Assembly: GCA_902607585.1 (NCBI GenBank)
Contig: CACLKP010000002.1
Coordinates: 2,408 to 66,407, forward strand
DNA: 64,000 bases
DNA from: an uncultured Pelagibacteraceae bacterium
GTDB lineage: Bacteria > Pseudomonadota > Alphaproteobacteria > Pelagibacterales > Pelagibacteraceae
Reading direction: 5' to 3'
Part shown: piece by piece, positions 37,040-48,154 of the stretch
Numbering within the stretch: the first letter of the stretch is position 1
How the letters are laid out: each line of letters starts with the position of its first letter
Notes under the pieces: model-generated
What the model was told of the DNA's origin: nothing
Database searches by the model: none
Seen by the model: the letters and a program-made list of their open reading frames with translations, nothing else
Program-made: the position numbers and the translations under genes

Positions 37040-38194
37040 TTACCCATTCAAAAGTTTAACTGCGTAATCTAATTGGTTGTCCGTATTCGTATTGATAACA
37101 AATTCTTCACCCTCTTCTTCAACTCTAATATCCGGTACTACCCCAACTTCTGAAATAGATTTTCCAGATGGTAAATAGTATTTGGACACCGTCAGTCTTA
37201 TTGCCCCGTTATTTTTAAGAGGTATGATAGATTGTACGGATCCCTTACCATAAGAACTTTCACCTAACAATATAGCTCTTTTTTGATCTTGTAGAGCTCC
37301 TGCAACAATTTCAGAAGCAGAAGCTGAACCGTTATTTATTAAAACAATTAAAGGTTTTCCATTAATTTTATCTCCTTTTTTAGCAAAAAATTTTCTATTT
37401 TCTCTATTTTTTCTTCCTTTGGTTGAGACAATTTCTCCATCGTTTAGAAAGAAGTCAGAAATTTTTATTGCTTGCGACAAAAGTCCACCGGGATTATTTC
37501 GTAAATCAAGAATGTAACCCACTAGTTTATTATTTTTTTCTATTTTTGAAATTTCTTTTTTTAATTGATCACTGCTATTTTCATTAAACGATCGTAATCT
37601 AAGATAGCCTACCTTATTATCAACCAATTTAGAAACCACTGATTTTATTTCAATAACTTCTCTTATAATTTTAAAAATTTTAGCTTTTCTTAAGCCTTTT
37701 CTTCTTACAGTAATTTCAATAGAAGTACCTGCGGGACCTCTCATCAAGTTAACAGCTTCCATAAGTGTTTTTCCCTGAACCTGCTCGCCGTTTATCCTGA
37801 CTATGTAGTCTCCGGCTTTTACACCAGCTTTTGCTGCCGGAGTATCATCTATTGGAGAAATAACTTTAACTACCCCAGCCTCCATACTTACCTCTATTCC
37901 CAACCCCCCAAATTCTCCGCTTGTTTCTGTTTGCATTTCTTCAAAAATTTTTGGATTCATGTAAGCAGAATATGGATCTAAAGATTGAAGAACTCCATTA
38001 ATTGCAGCATCCATTACTTCTGCTTGATCTACTTTATCAACATAATCATTTTGTATTTTTTCTAAAACTTCACTAAAAAGATCAATTTTTTTGTATAACT
38101 TATCTACGTTTTCGGAGTAAACTTTAGTAGAAATATTTAATAATATTATTGTTATAATAGTTAAAATATACTTAAAGTAATTTTCTCTTTTCAT
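37040..38194 (-). CDS. ctpA: carboxy-terminal processing protease (S41)
   Basis: It has a PDZ domain plus the S41 motifs DLRNNPGG, NNGSASASEI and SYGKGSVQ. I prefer ATG 38194 (MKRENYF..., signal anchor), which forms an ATGA overlap with the rsfS stop. The ORF track extends to 38230. Confidence 0.9.
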   Translation of the reverse strand: MKRENYFKYILTIITIILLNISTKVYSENVDKLYKKIDLFSEVLEKIQNDYVDKVDQAEVMDAAINGVLQSLDPYSAYMNPKIFEEMQTETSGEFGGLGIEVSMEAGVVKVISPIDDTPAAKAGVKAGDYIVRINGEQVQGKTLMEAVNLMRGPAGTSIEITVRRKGLRKAKIFKIIREVIEIKSVVSKLVDNKVGYLRLRSFNENSSDQLKKEISKIEKNNKLVGYILDLRNNPGGLLSQAIKISDFFLNDGEIVSTKGRKNRENRKFFAKKGDKINGKPLIVLINNGSASASEIVAGALQDQKRAILLGESSYGKGSVQSIIPLKNNGAIRLTVSKYYLPSGKSISEVGVVPDIRVEEEGEEFVINTNTDNQLDYAVKLLNG

Positions 38195-38544
38195 ATCGTT
38201 AATCTTTCTTTTGGAATTAATTCGGACCACATTCTTTCTAAATCATAAAATTTCCTTTTTTCAGGGTGAAAAATGTGAACTATTATGTCCATTGCATCAA
38301 TAAGTTTCCAGTCATTGCTACTTTGCCCCTCTAAACGACAATTACTAATTCCTCTTTTTTTGAGTTCATCTAATAATGTTTCTGATAGAGCCTGTATATG
38401 TCTTGATGAGTTTCCACTTGCAATTATCATAAAATCGGCAATTGAGGTTTTATCTTTTAAATTTATTGACTTCACTTCTAAAGCCTTATTATCATTCAAT
38501 ATATTTTCTATTTCTTTTTTAAGTTGATTAATTTCTTTTTTCAT
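38191..38544 (-). CDS. rsfS: ribosomal silencing factor RsfS
   Basis: The 117-aa ORF has DFMIIASG.S.RH, WKLID..D..VH.F and R.FY.LE..W. Confidence 0.87.
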   Translation of the reverse strand: MKKEINQLKKEIENILNDNKALEVKSINLKDKTSIADFMIIASGNSSRHIQALSETLLDELKKRGISNCRLEGQSSNDWKLIDAMDIIVHIFHPEKRKFYDLERMWSELIPKERLTI

Positions 38545-38555
38545 AAAATTTTATT

Positions 38556-39095
38556 TTACCAAAATTTTCTAATTAATGAAGATGAAATATTTACTTTTCG
38601 TGAATCTATGTGTATCAAGTCTCTTTTATTAAGCTTTTTAGAGATAACCGGTTTGAGTGATTTAATAGAATAATTCTGCCTTGGGAAAATAACTATTTTA
38701 GTAAGTTTAGGTATTTTTTCCCAATGATGCCATTTATGAAATTTTGCGAAATTATCAGCGCCCATTAAAAAAAATAGTTTTGTTTTTTTATTTTTTTTTT
38801 TTAAATAATTCAGCAAATTAAATGTATTAATAGATTTGACCTCATCATCATAATATTTCACAAAAATCTTTTTTTCCTTTTCGGTTATTTTTTTTGATAA
38901 GTTTATTCTAACCTTTGTGCTCAAATAAGGTTTTTTTTTTAATGGATTTTTTTTGGTCACTATCCATATCAATTTATTCAATTTAAGTTTCTTTAGTGCA
39001 ATTTTAGAAATATAAAGATGACCTTTGTGAGGGGGATCAAAAGTTCCTCCCAAGATACCAATTTTAGTATAATTTTTTTTAGATAATTTTTGCAA
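38556..39095 (-). CDS. nadD: nicotinate-nucleotide adenylyltransferase
   Basis: The 179-aa ORF has GILGGTFDPPHKGH and ISSS.IR. Confidence 0.87.
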   Translation of the reverse strand: MQKLSKKNYTKIGILGGTFDPPHKGHLYISKIALKKLKLNKLIWIVTKKNPLKKKPYLSTKVRINLSKKITEKEKKIFVKYYDDEVKSINTFNLLNYLKKKNKKTKLFFLMGADNFAKFHKWHHWEKIPKLTKIVIFPRQNYSIKSLKPVISKKLNKRDLIHIDSRKVNISSSLIRKFW

Positions 39096-39098
39096 AAA

Positions 39099-40361
39099 TT
39101 ATTTCCTTATTTGTCCTTTTCCTTCCAAAATGTACTTATAAGTAGTGAGTTGATCAATGCCGATAGGACCACGGGGATGAAGTTTACCAGTTGAAATACC
39201 AACCTCAGCACCAAAACCAAATTCTCCTCCATCAGCAAACTGTGTTGAAGCATTATGTATAGCTATAGAACTGTTAATATTTGATAAAAATTTCTCAGCT
39301 GTTTTTTTATTTTTTGTAACTATGGAATCTGTATGGGAAGATCCATATTTGTTTATATGATCTATAGCCTCTTTTACCCCATTTACACTTCTTACAGAAA
39401 TTGTAGGAGAAAGATATTCAGTCTCCCAGTCTTTTTTTGTTGCTATTTTCATTTTTCCAGAAATAAATTTTTTTATCGTTTTATCTCCTATGATTTTACA
39501 TCCCAATCTGTCTAGCTGTTCTAATATGGGTTTACAATGGGTTTTTAAGCACATTTTGTCTATCAACAAAGTTTCAGCTGCTCCGCAAATACTAACATTT
39601 CTCATTTTTGAATTTTTAACAACTTTAATTGCCATACTTAAATCTGCTTCTCGATCTACATAAACATGACATAAGCCTTCGTAGTGTCCAATAATTGAAA
39701 TTACGGTTTTTTTTAGAACTTTCTTAACCAAACTTTTCCCTCCTCTAGGAATGATTATATCGATGTAATTTTTCATACTTGCTAAAAGATAATCAACATG
39801 ATTTCTATCTTTGCTTTCAATAAATTGAACGCAATTTTCATTACATTTTTTCTTTTTCAGAGCTCTCTTGAAAAGTTTAGCTAATATTTTATTAGAGTGA
39901 AATGCTTCCGATCCTCCACGCAAAATTACTACATTACCAGTTTTAAAACATAGAGCAGAAACATCCGAAGTAACATTTGGCCTGCTTTCGTAAATTACAC
40001 CAATGACACCAATTGGTATAGAAACTCTTTTTATAATTAGTCCGTTTGGCCTTTTCCATGAAGATAAAGTCTTTCCTAGAGGATCCTTAAATTTTATTAT
40101 TTTCTCTATCGAATTTCTAATTTGTGCAATTTTTTTATTATTTAATTTAAGTCTGTCAATCATGCTATCTTTAATTTTATTAGACTTTGCATGGGATATA
40201 TCTTTTTTATTTGAATTTAAAATTGATCTTGCATTTGTTTTTAAGTATTTACTAAATTGCTTTAAAACAGAATTTCTCTTATCAATATTTATGTTGGATA
40301 GATGTACAGAAGCAAGTTTTGCTTTTTCTCCTATTTTTTTCATGTACAAATTTTTAGACAT
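39099..40361 (-). CDS. proA: glutamate-5-semialdehyde dehydrogenase
   Basis: The 420-aa ORF has an aldehyde-dehydrogenase fold with IYESRPNVT, the C..ETLL catalytic Cys context and HNASTQFADGGEFG. Confidence 0.93.
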   Translation of the reverse strand: MSKNLYMKKIGEKAKLASVHLSNINIDKRNSVLKQFSKYLKTNARSILNSNKKDISHAKSNKIKDSMIDRLKLNNKKIAQIRNSIEKIIKFKDPLGKTLSSWKRPNGLIIKRVSIPIGVIGVIYESRPNVTSDVSALCFKTGNVVILRGGSEAFHSNKILAKLFKRALKKKKCNENCVQFIESKDRNHVDYLLASMKNYIDIIIPRGGKSLVKKVLKKTVISIIGHYEGLCHVYVDREADLSMAIKVVKNSKMRNVSICGAAETLLIDKMCLKTHCKPILEQLDRLGCKIIGDKTIKKFISGKMKIATKKDWETEYLSPTISVRSVNGVKEAIDHINKYGSSHTDSIVTKNKKTAEKFLSNINSSIAIHNASTQFADGGEFGFGAEVGISTGKLHPRGPIGIDQLTTYKYILEGKGQIRK

Positions 40362-40363
40362 TT

Positions 40364-42446
<2,083 letters not shown>

Positions 42447-42484
42447 TCAACAACAATAAAATTAATTTTGAAGTTGCTAAAGAA

Positions 42485-42739
42485 TTAACTGGGGATAACA
42501 GATACGTGTGTTCTGTTTAGTTTTGATGTTTTGAACTGAACTTTTCCTTTTATCAAAGAGAATATCGTGTGATCTCTGCCCATACCCACATGATCCCCAG
42601 GATGTATTTTCGTTCCTCTTTGCCTCACTAATATATTTCCAGGCTGTACCAACTGACCACCATATCTTTTAACTCCGAGACGTCTTCCAGCACTGTCACG
42701 TCCATTCCTTGATGATCCACCTGCTTTTTTTGTTGCCAT
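42485..42739 (-). CDS. rpmA: 50S ribosomal protein L27
   Basis: The 84-aa ORF starts [22 protein letters not shown] and contains RQRGTK.HPG. Confidence 0.96.
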   Translation of the reverse strand: MATKKAGGSSRNGRDSAGRRLGVKRYGGQLVQPGNILVRQRGTKIHPGDHVGMGRDHTIFSLIKGKVQFKTSKLNRTHVSVIPS

Positions 42740-42764
42740 GTTTTAATACCTTAATTTAATATTA

Positions 42765-43433
42765 TCATTTTTTCTTTGTTGTTAAAGGTTTCTTTTTACC
42801 TATTGTTTTTTTTTTAGATATATCGCTTTTTTTTGCTTTTAATTTTGCTTTTTCTTGCATTGTTTTTACTCTTTGTTTTTCCTCAATTTGAAAGTTTTTT
42901 GCTTCTTTTTCTTGAATTTTTCTTGTTTCGTCTGCCTTTGTTTTTCTTGAAGGTTCTTCTTTAGCCTCAATTTTTTTTAATGTTTTCTTAATTTTTTTAT
43001 GTTCTTCTATTTTAGTTTTTTTTGCTTCAAACATCTGTTTTTTTCGTGTTTGATCAGCTTTTACTATTTCTTTTGTTATTTGTTTTTGTGGACCAGCTTG
43101 AGAGATTAATTTTCCATTTTTTGAAAAAATTTTTGTTATTCTAATAAGGGAAATCGGCTGCCTATGACCATATTTTTTTCTTGAATTTTTTCTTCTTCGT
43201 TTTTTAAAAACTAATATGGTTTTATTTTTTATATTTTTTAAAATAGTTGCTTCAACTTTTGCACCTTGGATATTAGGGTTACCAATTTCAGTGATTTTAT
43301 CATCATTCAAAAACAGAACGTTTTTGAATTCTACAGTTTTACCTTCTTCATTATTAAGTCTTTCGATCTTAAGAATTTCACTTGTTGAAACCTTATATTG
43401 CTTGCCACCTGTTTGAATAACTGCGAAAGACAT
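42765..43433 (-). CDS. rplU: 50S ribosomal protein L21 with a long Lys/Glu-rich C-terminal extension
   Basis: The N-terminal ~103 aa (MSFAVIQTGGKQYKV...GHRQP...I) form the L21 core. The remaining ~120 aa are K/E-rich low complexity. It is followed by rpmA. Confidence 0.9.
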   Translation of the reverse strand: MSFAVIQTGGKQYKVSTSEILKIERLNNEEGKTVEFKNVLFLNDDKITEIGNPNIQGAKVEATILKNIKNKTILVFKKRRRKNSRKKYGHRQPISLIRITKIFSKNGKLISQAGPQKQITKEIVKADQTRKKQMFEAKKTKIEEHKKIKKTLKKIEAKEEPSRKTKADETRKIQEKEAKNFQIEEKQRVKTMQEKAKLKAKKSDISKKKTIGKKKPLTTKKK

Positions 43434-43463
43434 TGTTTTAATTTCATATTTGGAAATAGAGGC

Positions 43464-43491
43464 AATATAGCTTCCTAACTTCTCATGTCAA
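43464..43491 (-). promoter_or_regulatory. candidate sigma70 promoter of rplU-rpmA (TTGACA-16 nt-TATATT)
   Basis: On the minus strand, TTGACA lies at 43491-43486, followed by a 16-nt spacer and TATATT at 43469-43464. That is about 30 nt upstream of the rplU ATG (43433). Confidence 0.45.
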
Positions 43492-43504
43492 GTTCTAACA
43501 GTAA

Positions 43505-44266
43505 TTAAAAACTGTCCTTTAAATCTCTAACTTTCTTAAAAATTTTAAAATCTTCTTGATTTTTCATGTTTAATTTAATTTTTAGGTCATTTTGATCACA
43601 TCTAAGGAAAATATTAGATTTTAACTCATCCTCCAGGTTGGTTGGAATAGTTGGCAAATTGTTTAATCTTAATTTTTTTACTTTTTCAAATTGTTTCTTT
43701 AGATCGATGTTATCATTATCATATTTTATACAAAACTCTGCATTTTTGTAAGTATATTCATGTCCGCAATAAATTTTTGTATCTTTAGGAAGTTTTTTTA
43801 TTTTTTCTAATGATGTTAACATCTGTCTGTGGTCACCTTCAAAAATTCTTCCACATCCAAGAGAAAATAAAGTATCACCCGTAAAGGCTGCTTTTTCCTT
43901 TTCAAAAAAGAAACAGATGTGACCCAATGTATGTCCGGGTATATGTAATATTTTTACTTGTGAATTTCCAAAGGTCCATTTTTCATTATCTTTAAGGGCT
44001 ATATCAATTCCAGGAATTCTATGTTTATCACCAACAAATCCAACTACCTTAGCATTATATAATTTTTTTAATTCAGCATTTCCTCCTATGTGATCAAAGT
44101 GATGATGTGTGTTTAAAATATAACTTAGTTGTAAATTTTTTTTATTTAGAAAAGAAATAATTGGTAAAGCTTCTGATGGGTCTACCACACCAACTATTTT
44201 AGAATTATTATCACTAATAATATAGGCATAGTTATCTGTTAAACATGGTATAGGAGTAATTTGCAT
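43505..44266 (-). CDS. gloB: hydroxyacylglutathione hydrolase (glyoxalase II)
   Basis: The 253-aa ORF has the metallo-beta-lactamase motif THHHFDHIGG, plus HIPGHT.GH and CGHEYT. Confidence 0.88.
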   Translation of the reverse strand: MQITPIPCLTDNYAYIISDNNSKIVGVVDPSEALPIISFLNKKNLQLSYILNTHHHFDHIGGNAELKKLYNAKVVGFVGDKHRIPGIDIALKDNEKWTFGNSQVKILHIPGHTLGHICFFFEKEKAAFTGDTLFSLGCGRIFEGDHRQMLTSLEKIKKLPKDTKIYCGHEYTYKNAEFCIKYDNDNIDLKKQFEKVKKLRLNNLPTIPTNLEDELKSNIFLRCDQNDLKIKLNMKNQEDFKIFKKVRDLKDSF

Positions 44267-44272
44267 ATTTTC

Positions 44273-44866
44273 TTACTGTATAAGAAATATACCAAGTTGT
44301 GAAAAAATATTTTTGTATTGCATATTTCCTTTTGTAATCTCCGAAATTTTTTCATTTGTTAAACACATAGATTTATCAATTTTAATACTTTTTTTATTAC
44401 AAAAATTAACAAAATCTTGGATTGTACACATGTGTAAGTTTGGAGTGTTGTACCATTCATTGGGCAAATTTTTTGTTATAGGCATTGTTCCTTTTAATAG
44501 TAAATGAAGTCGTACTTTCCAATAACCAAAATTAGGAATTGAAACAATTGTTTGTTTTCCTATTCTAAGTAATTGATTCAAAACTTCTTCAGGACGAAGG
44601 AAAGCTTGTAGTGTTTGACTTAACACAACGTAATCAAACGATTTTTTGGGAAATTGAACTAACTCTTTTTCTGCATCACCTTCAATAACTGGCAAACCTT
44701 TTGATATACATTTTTGCACAAGATTCTTTTCTGGTTCCAGACCCCTAACATCATTTTGTTGATTTACTTTAAGATATTCCATTAAAGTTCCATCACCGCA
44801 ACCGATATCAAGTACTCTTTTATTGTTTTGAATTATTTGTGATATAACTTCAAATTCTTTTTTCAT
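44273..44866 (-). CDS. metW: methionine biosynthesis protein MetW
   Basis: The 197-aa ORF has VLDIGCGDG and PNFGYW..R motifs. It overlaps metX by 17 nt. Confidence 0.88.
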   Translation of the reverse strand: MKKEFEVISQIIQNNKRVLDIGCGDGTLMEYLKVNQQNDVRGLEPEKNLVQKCISKGLPVIEGDAEKELVQFPKKSFDYVVLSQTLQAFLRPEEVLNQLLRIGKQTIVSIPNFGYWKVRLHLLLKGTMPITKNLPNEWYNTPNLHMCTIQDFVNFCNKKSIKIDKSMCLTNEKISEITKGNMQYKNIFSQLGIFLIQ

Positions 44867-45974
44867 TATTTATCCCATTGTAAGTTGAGTTAAGAAATTC
44901 ACTTACTGTTTTTAGAAAATCTGGCACATTTAATAAAAATGAATCATGACCTTTGTCAGAATTAATTTCTACAAAACCAACATTTGCACCGCAGGCATTT
45001 AAAGCTATAACTATCTCTTTATTTTCAATCGTAGGATAAAGCCAATCAGATGAGAACGAAATTATACAAAATTTTGATTTTGTATTTTTAAAAGCAAGCG
45101 ATAAATTACCATTAAATTGTTTGTTTAAATCAAAATAATCCATTGCTCTAGTAATATATAAGTAACTGTTAGCATCAAACCTATCTACGAAAGTTGATCC
45201 TTGATAACGTAAATAACTCTCTATTTGAAAATCTGCATCAAAACTAAATTTTAAACTTCCTTTATCTTGAAGTTTTCTCCCAAATTTTTCTTGCAATCCT
45301 TGTTTAGAAAGGTAGGTAATATGTGCAGCCATTCTTGCAACAGCCAAACCTTTATCTGGTGTTGAATTTTCTTTTTTCCAATTTGGATCAGCCATAATAG
45401 CTTGCCTTCCCAACTCATTGAGAGCAATATTTTGTGCAGAGTGACTAGCACTACAAGCTATTGGTATAGCGGAATGAGCCATATTTGGATATAGAGAGAC
45501 AAATTGTAATACCTGCATTCCACCCATTGATCCACCAGTCACTGCAAGCAATTTTTTAATACCTAAATGATCCAGCAAATATTTTTGAGCTTTAACCATA
45601 TCTCTTATTGTTATTACTGGAAATGTTGTGCCAAATAATTTATTAGTTTCTGGATTTATTTCCTTAGGCCCGTAACTACCCATGCACCCGCCTAGGACAT
45701 TAGCGCAGATCACAAAATATTTGTTAGTATCAATTGCTTTTCCCGGCCCCACTGCTGCGGTCCACCAACCTTCTCTTTTAGTAATCGGATTAATATTAGT
45801 AACAAATTGATCTCCAGATAAAGCATGAAAAGTAAGTATTGCATTACTTTTACTTTTATTTAAAGCTCCATAGGTTTCGTAAGCCAAAGGAAAATTTTTA
45901 ATAATTTTACCGCAATCAAGTTCAAGAGATTGGTCGATAATTAGTTTTTTTATATTTTCAGTTTCACTATTCAT
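44850..45974 (-). CDS. metX: homoserine O-acetyltransferase
   Basis: It has an alpha/beta hydrolase fold with the nucleophile motif GGSMGGMQ and a SDWLYP region. I prefer ATG 45974 (MNSETEN), because the track's TTG at 45983 lies inside the leader's T-run. Confidence 0.92.
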   Translation of the reverse strand: MNSETENIKKLIIDQSLELDCGKIIKNFPLAYETYGALNKSKSNAILTFHALSGDQFVTNINPITKREGWWTAAVGPGKAIDTNKYFVICANVLGGCMGSYGPKEINPETNKLFGTTFPVITIRDMVKAQKYLLDHLGIKKLLAVTGGSMGGMQVLQFVSLYPNMAHSAIPIACSASHSAQNIALNELGRQAIMADPNWKKENSTPDKGLAVARMAAHITYLSKQGLQEKFGRKLQDKGSLKFSFDADFQIESYLRYQGSTFVDRFDANSYLYITRAMDYFDLNKQFNGNLSLAFKNTKSKFCIISFSSDWLYPTIENKEIVIALNACGANVGFVEINSDKGHDSFLLNVPDFLKTVSEFLNSTYNGINNEKRI

Positions 45975-45981
45975 ATTAAAC

Positions 45982-46007
45982 AAAAAAAAAGCCCAGCTAA
46001 GCCGGGC
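45982..46007 (-). terminator. intrinsic terminator hairpin inside the metX 5' leader (attenuator)
   Basis: On the minus strand, GCCCGGC-UUA-GCUGGGC forms a 7-bp stem with one G-U (46007-45991). U9 follows immediately (45990-45982), 8 nt before the metX ATG. No gene on that strand ends here. Confidence 0.6.
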
Positions 46008-46069
46008 AAAAAACCTTTTTTAGCTGTTTTTTTTAAGCGCTCGCAATTAAGTTAAATCAGCGCTGATTT
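45982..46069 (-). promoter_or_regulatory. candidate SAM-responsive riboswitch leader (SAM-II / SAM-V-like) of metX-metW
   Basis: The leader RNA contains two mutually pairing AGCGCU copies, U-rich and A-rich runs, and CAGCUAAAA. CAGCUAA (46026-46020) is exactly complementary to UUAGCUG (46000-45994) in the terminator loop and 3' arm. The class assignment comes from memory of the consensus only. Confidence 0.45.
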
Positions 46070-46098
46070 CTTTTACTAAAATGTACATCTTTTGTCAA
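46070..46098 (-). promoter_or_regulatory. candidate promoter for the metX leader (TTGACA-17 nt-TAAAAG)
   Basis: On the minus strand, TTGACA lies at 46098-46093, followed by a 17-nt spacer and TAAAAG at 46075-46070. The -10 is weak. Confidence 0.3.
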
Positions 46099-46172
46099 TT
46101 TAGGTTGTATTTATTTTGCCACAAAGCTGCATATATAGTATTTACCGGTACAATTTATATATTAAACAAATT

Positions 46173-47252
46173 ATGATTTTACCAAAACCAATAAAATTGA
46201 AGGTTGAAAGATATATTGGAGGATTATCTCAATTTAGAAAAATTGATAATCCGATAAAACTATCTGCAAATGAATCTGCTTTGGGACCAAGTCCAAAGGC
46301 AATCCAAGCATTTGAAAAAGACAAAGATAAGATTTTTAAATATCCAGAATCTGAATCTAGCTCTTTAAGAGAAGTATTATCTGAGAAATTTAATATTGAT
46401 CCCAAAAGAATTATCTGTGGATCAGGCTCCGATCAAATATTTGACCTAACTTGTCATTTATTTCTGGAACCAGGAGACGAAGTAATAGTTACAGAATTTG
46501 GATTTATTATGCACAGAATATATGCATCACTTCATAAGGCTACAGTTATATTAGCTAAGGAAAAAAATTTTAAAGCATCGGTGGACGAAATATTAAAAAA
46601 GGTTACCAATAAAACAAAAATCATATTTATTGCAAACCCTAACAATCCTACGGGCACGTATTTAACAAAAAATGAAATGCTTAATTTGAGAAAAAAACTT
46701 AGAAGCGATATTCTTATGGTCGTTGATGATGCATATTTTGAATTTTTAAACTCAGATGATTTTACTTCTGGGTTAGAACTTTTTAAAGATGCGGCAAATG
46801 TGTTAGTTACAAGAACTTTTTCTAAAATTTATGGTTTAGCTGGTTTAAGGTTAGGTTGGGGTTATTGTTCTGAAGAGATAATTGATGCAATGTATCAAAT
46901 TAAACCTCCTTTTAATGTTAACAGAGCTGCCCTTGCAGCAGGCGTAGAAGCTATTAAAGATAATGAATGGACAAAACGGGCAATTGAGCATAATACATTG
47001 TGGGCAAAAAAAATATTTTCTATTTTAGAAGAAAATAAAATTGTAGCAAATGAACCTACAGCAAATTTCTTTTTGATAAATTTTGATAAAACAAAAATTA
47101 ATTCAGACGAAGCTTTTGAAAAATTAGCCAACAAACGTTTAATTTTAAGAAAAATGGAGCAGTACAAAATACCTAATTCTTTAAGATTGACTATTGGAAA
47201 TGAACAAGCAAACGAACATTTTATTCAAGCTATTGGAACTATTATAAAATAA
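46173..47252 (+). CDS. hisC: histidinol-phosphate / aromatic aminotransferase (class II)
   Basis: It has LSANES..GPSP, NPNNPTG and SKIYGLAGLRLGW (PLP Lys). I prefer ATG 46173 (MILPKP...) to the track's TTG 46116. It is followed by tyrC. Confidence 0.85.
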   Translation: MILPKPIKLKVERYIGGLSQFRKIDNPIKLSANESALGPSPKAIQAFEKDKDKIFKYPESESSSLREVLSEKFNIDPKRIICGSGSDQIFDLTCHLFLEPGDEVIVTEFGFIMHRIYASLHKATVILAKEKNFKASVDEILKKVTNKTKIIFIANPNNPTGTYLTKNEMLNLRKKLRSDILMVVDDAYFEFLNSDDFTSGLELFKDAANVLVTRTFSKIYGLAGLRLGWGYCSEEIIDAMYQIKPPFNVNRAALAAGVEAIKDNEWTKRAIEHNTLWAKKIFSILEENKIVANEPTANFFLINFDKTKINSDEAFEKLANKRLILRKMEQYKIPNSLRLTIGNEQANEHFIQAIGTIIK

Positions 47253-48154
47253 TGTTTAAAAAAATATGCATAATAGGATGTGGTTTGATTGGATCTTCAT
47301 TAGCAAGAGCAGTAAAAAAAAATAATTTAGCAGAAAAAATAGTTTCATCTAATAGATCAGATGTTGTAAACAAAAAAGTGATTGAGTTAAAGATAGTGGA
47401 TGATTCAAGCTCAGATACAAAAAAAATGGTCGATGGTTCTGATTTAGTTGTAATTGCTACTCCTCTAAGCAGTTACGAAGATGTAATTTCAAAAATTAAA
47501 AATTCTTTAAAAGATGGGGTTATATTGACTGATGTCGGATCGGTTAAAGAAAATATAATCAATTTAATCGAAAAAAATATCCCAGAAAGTATTTCTTGGA
47601 TAGCATCCCATCCAATTGCTGGAACAGAAGAAAGTGGACCTGAGGCAGGATTTTCTGAACTTTTTCAAAATAGGTGGTGTATTTTAACTCCAAGCAAAAA
47701 AGCAAAAGAAAAAGATATTAATTTACTTCAAACTTTTTGGGAAAAAGTAGGAAGCAAAGTTGATATTATGCAAGCAAAACAACATGATTACATTTTATCT
47801 ATTACAAGTCACATACCACATTTAATTGCTTATAATATTGTAAACACATCTCTTAATATTCAGGATGAAAAAAAATCTACTATTGTAAAATATAGTGCCG
47901 GTGGGCTAAGAGATTTTACAAGAATTGCAGCTTCTAATCCCATTATGTGGAGAGATGTTTTTATACAAAACAAAAAGAACACATCAAAAATGATTGATCA
48001 ATTTATTAAAAATCTGGAAGATTTAAAAAAAGCAATTGAAAACGAAGATGGAAAAAAATTAGAACAAATTTTTACAAAAACAAAAAAAATTAGAAAAGAT
48101 ATTGTTGAAGCAGGTCAAGATGTAAAAAAACCTGATTTTGGAAGAAAACCATAG
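47252..48154 (+). CDS. tyrC: prephenate/arogenate dehydrogenase
   Basis: The 300-aa ORF has a Rossmann motif (IIGCGLIGSS), HPIAGTE and SH.PH. A 1-nt overlap links it to hisC. Confidence 0.85.
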   Translation: MFKKICIIGCGLIGSSLARAVKKNNLAEKIVSSNRSDVVNKKVIELKIVDDSSSDTKKMVDGSDLVVIATPLSSYEDVISKIKNSLKDGVILTDVGSVKENIINLIEKNIPESISWIASHPIAGTEESGPEAGFSELFQNRWCILTPSKKAKEKDINLLQTFWEKVGSKVDIMQAKQHDYILSITSHIPHLIAYNIVNTSLNIQDEKKSTIVKYSAGGLRDFTRIAASNPIMWRDVFIQNKKNTSKMIDQFIKNLEDLKKAIENEDGKKLEQIFTKTKKIRKDIVEAGQDVKKPDFGRKP

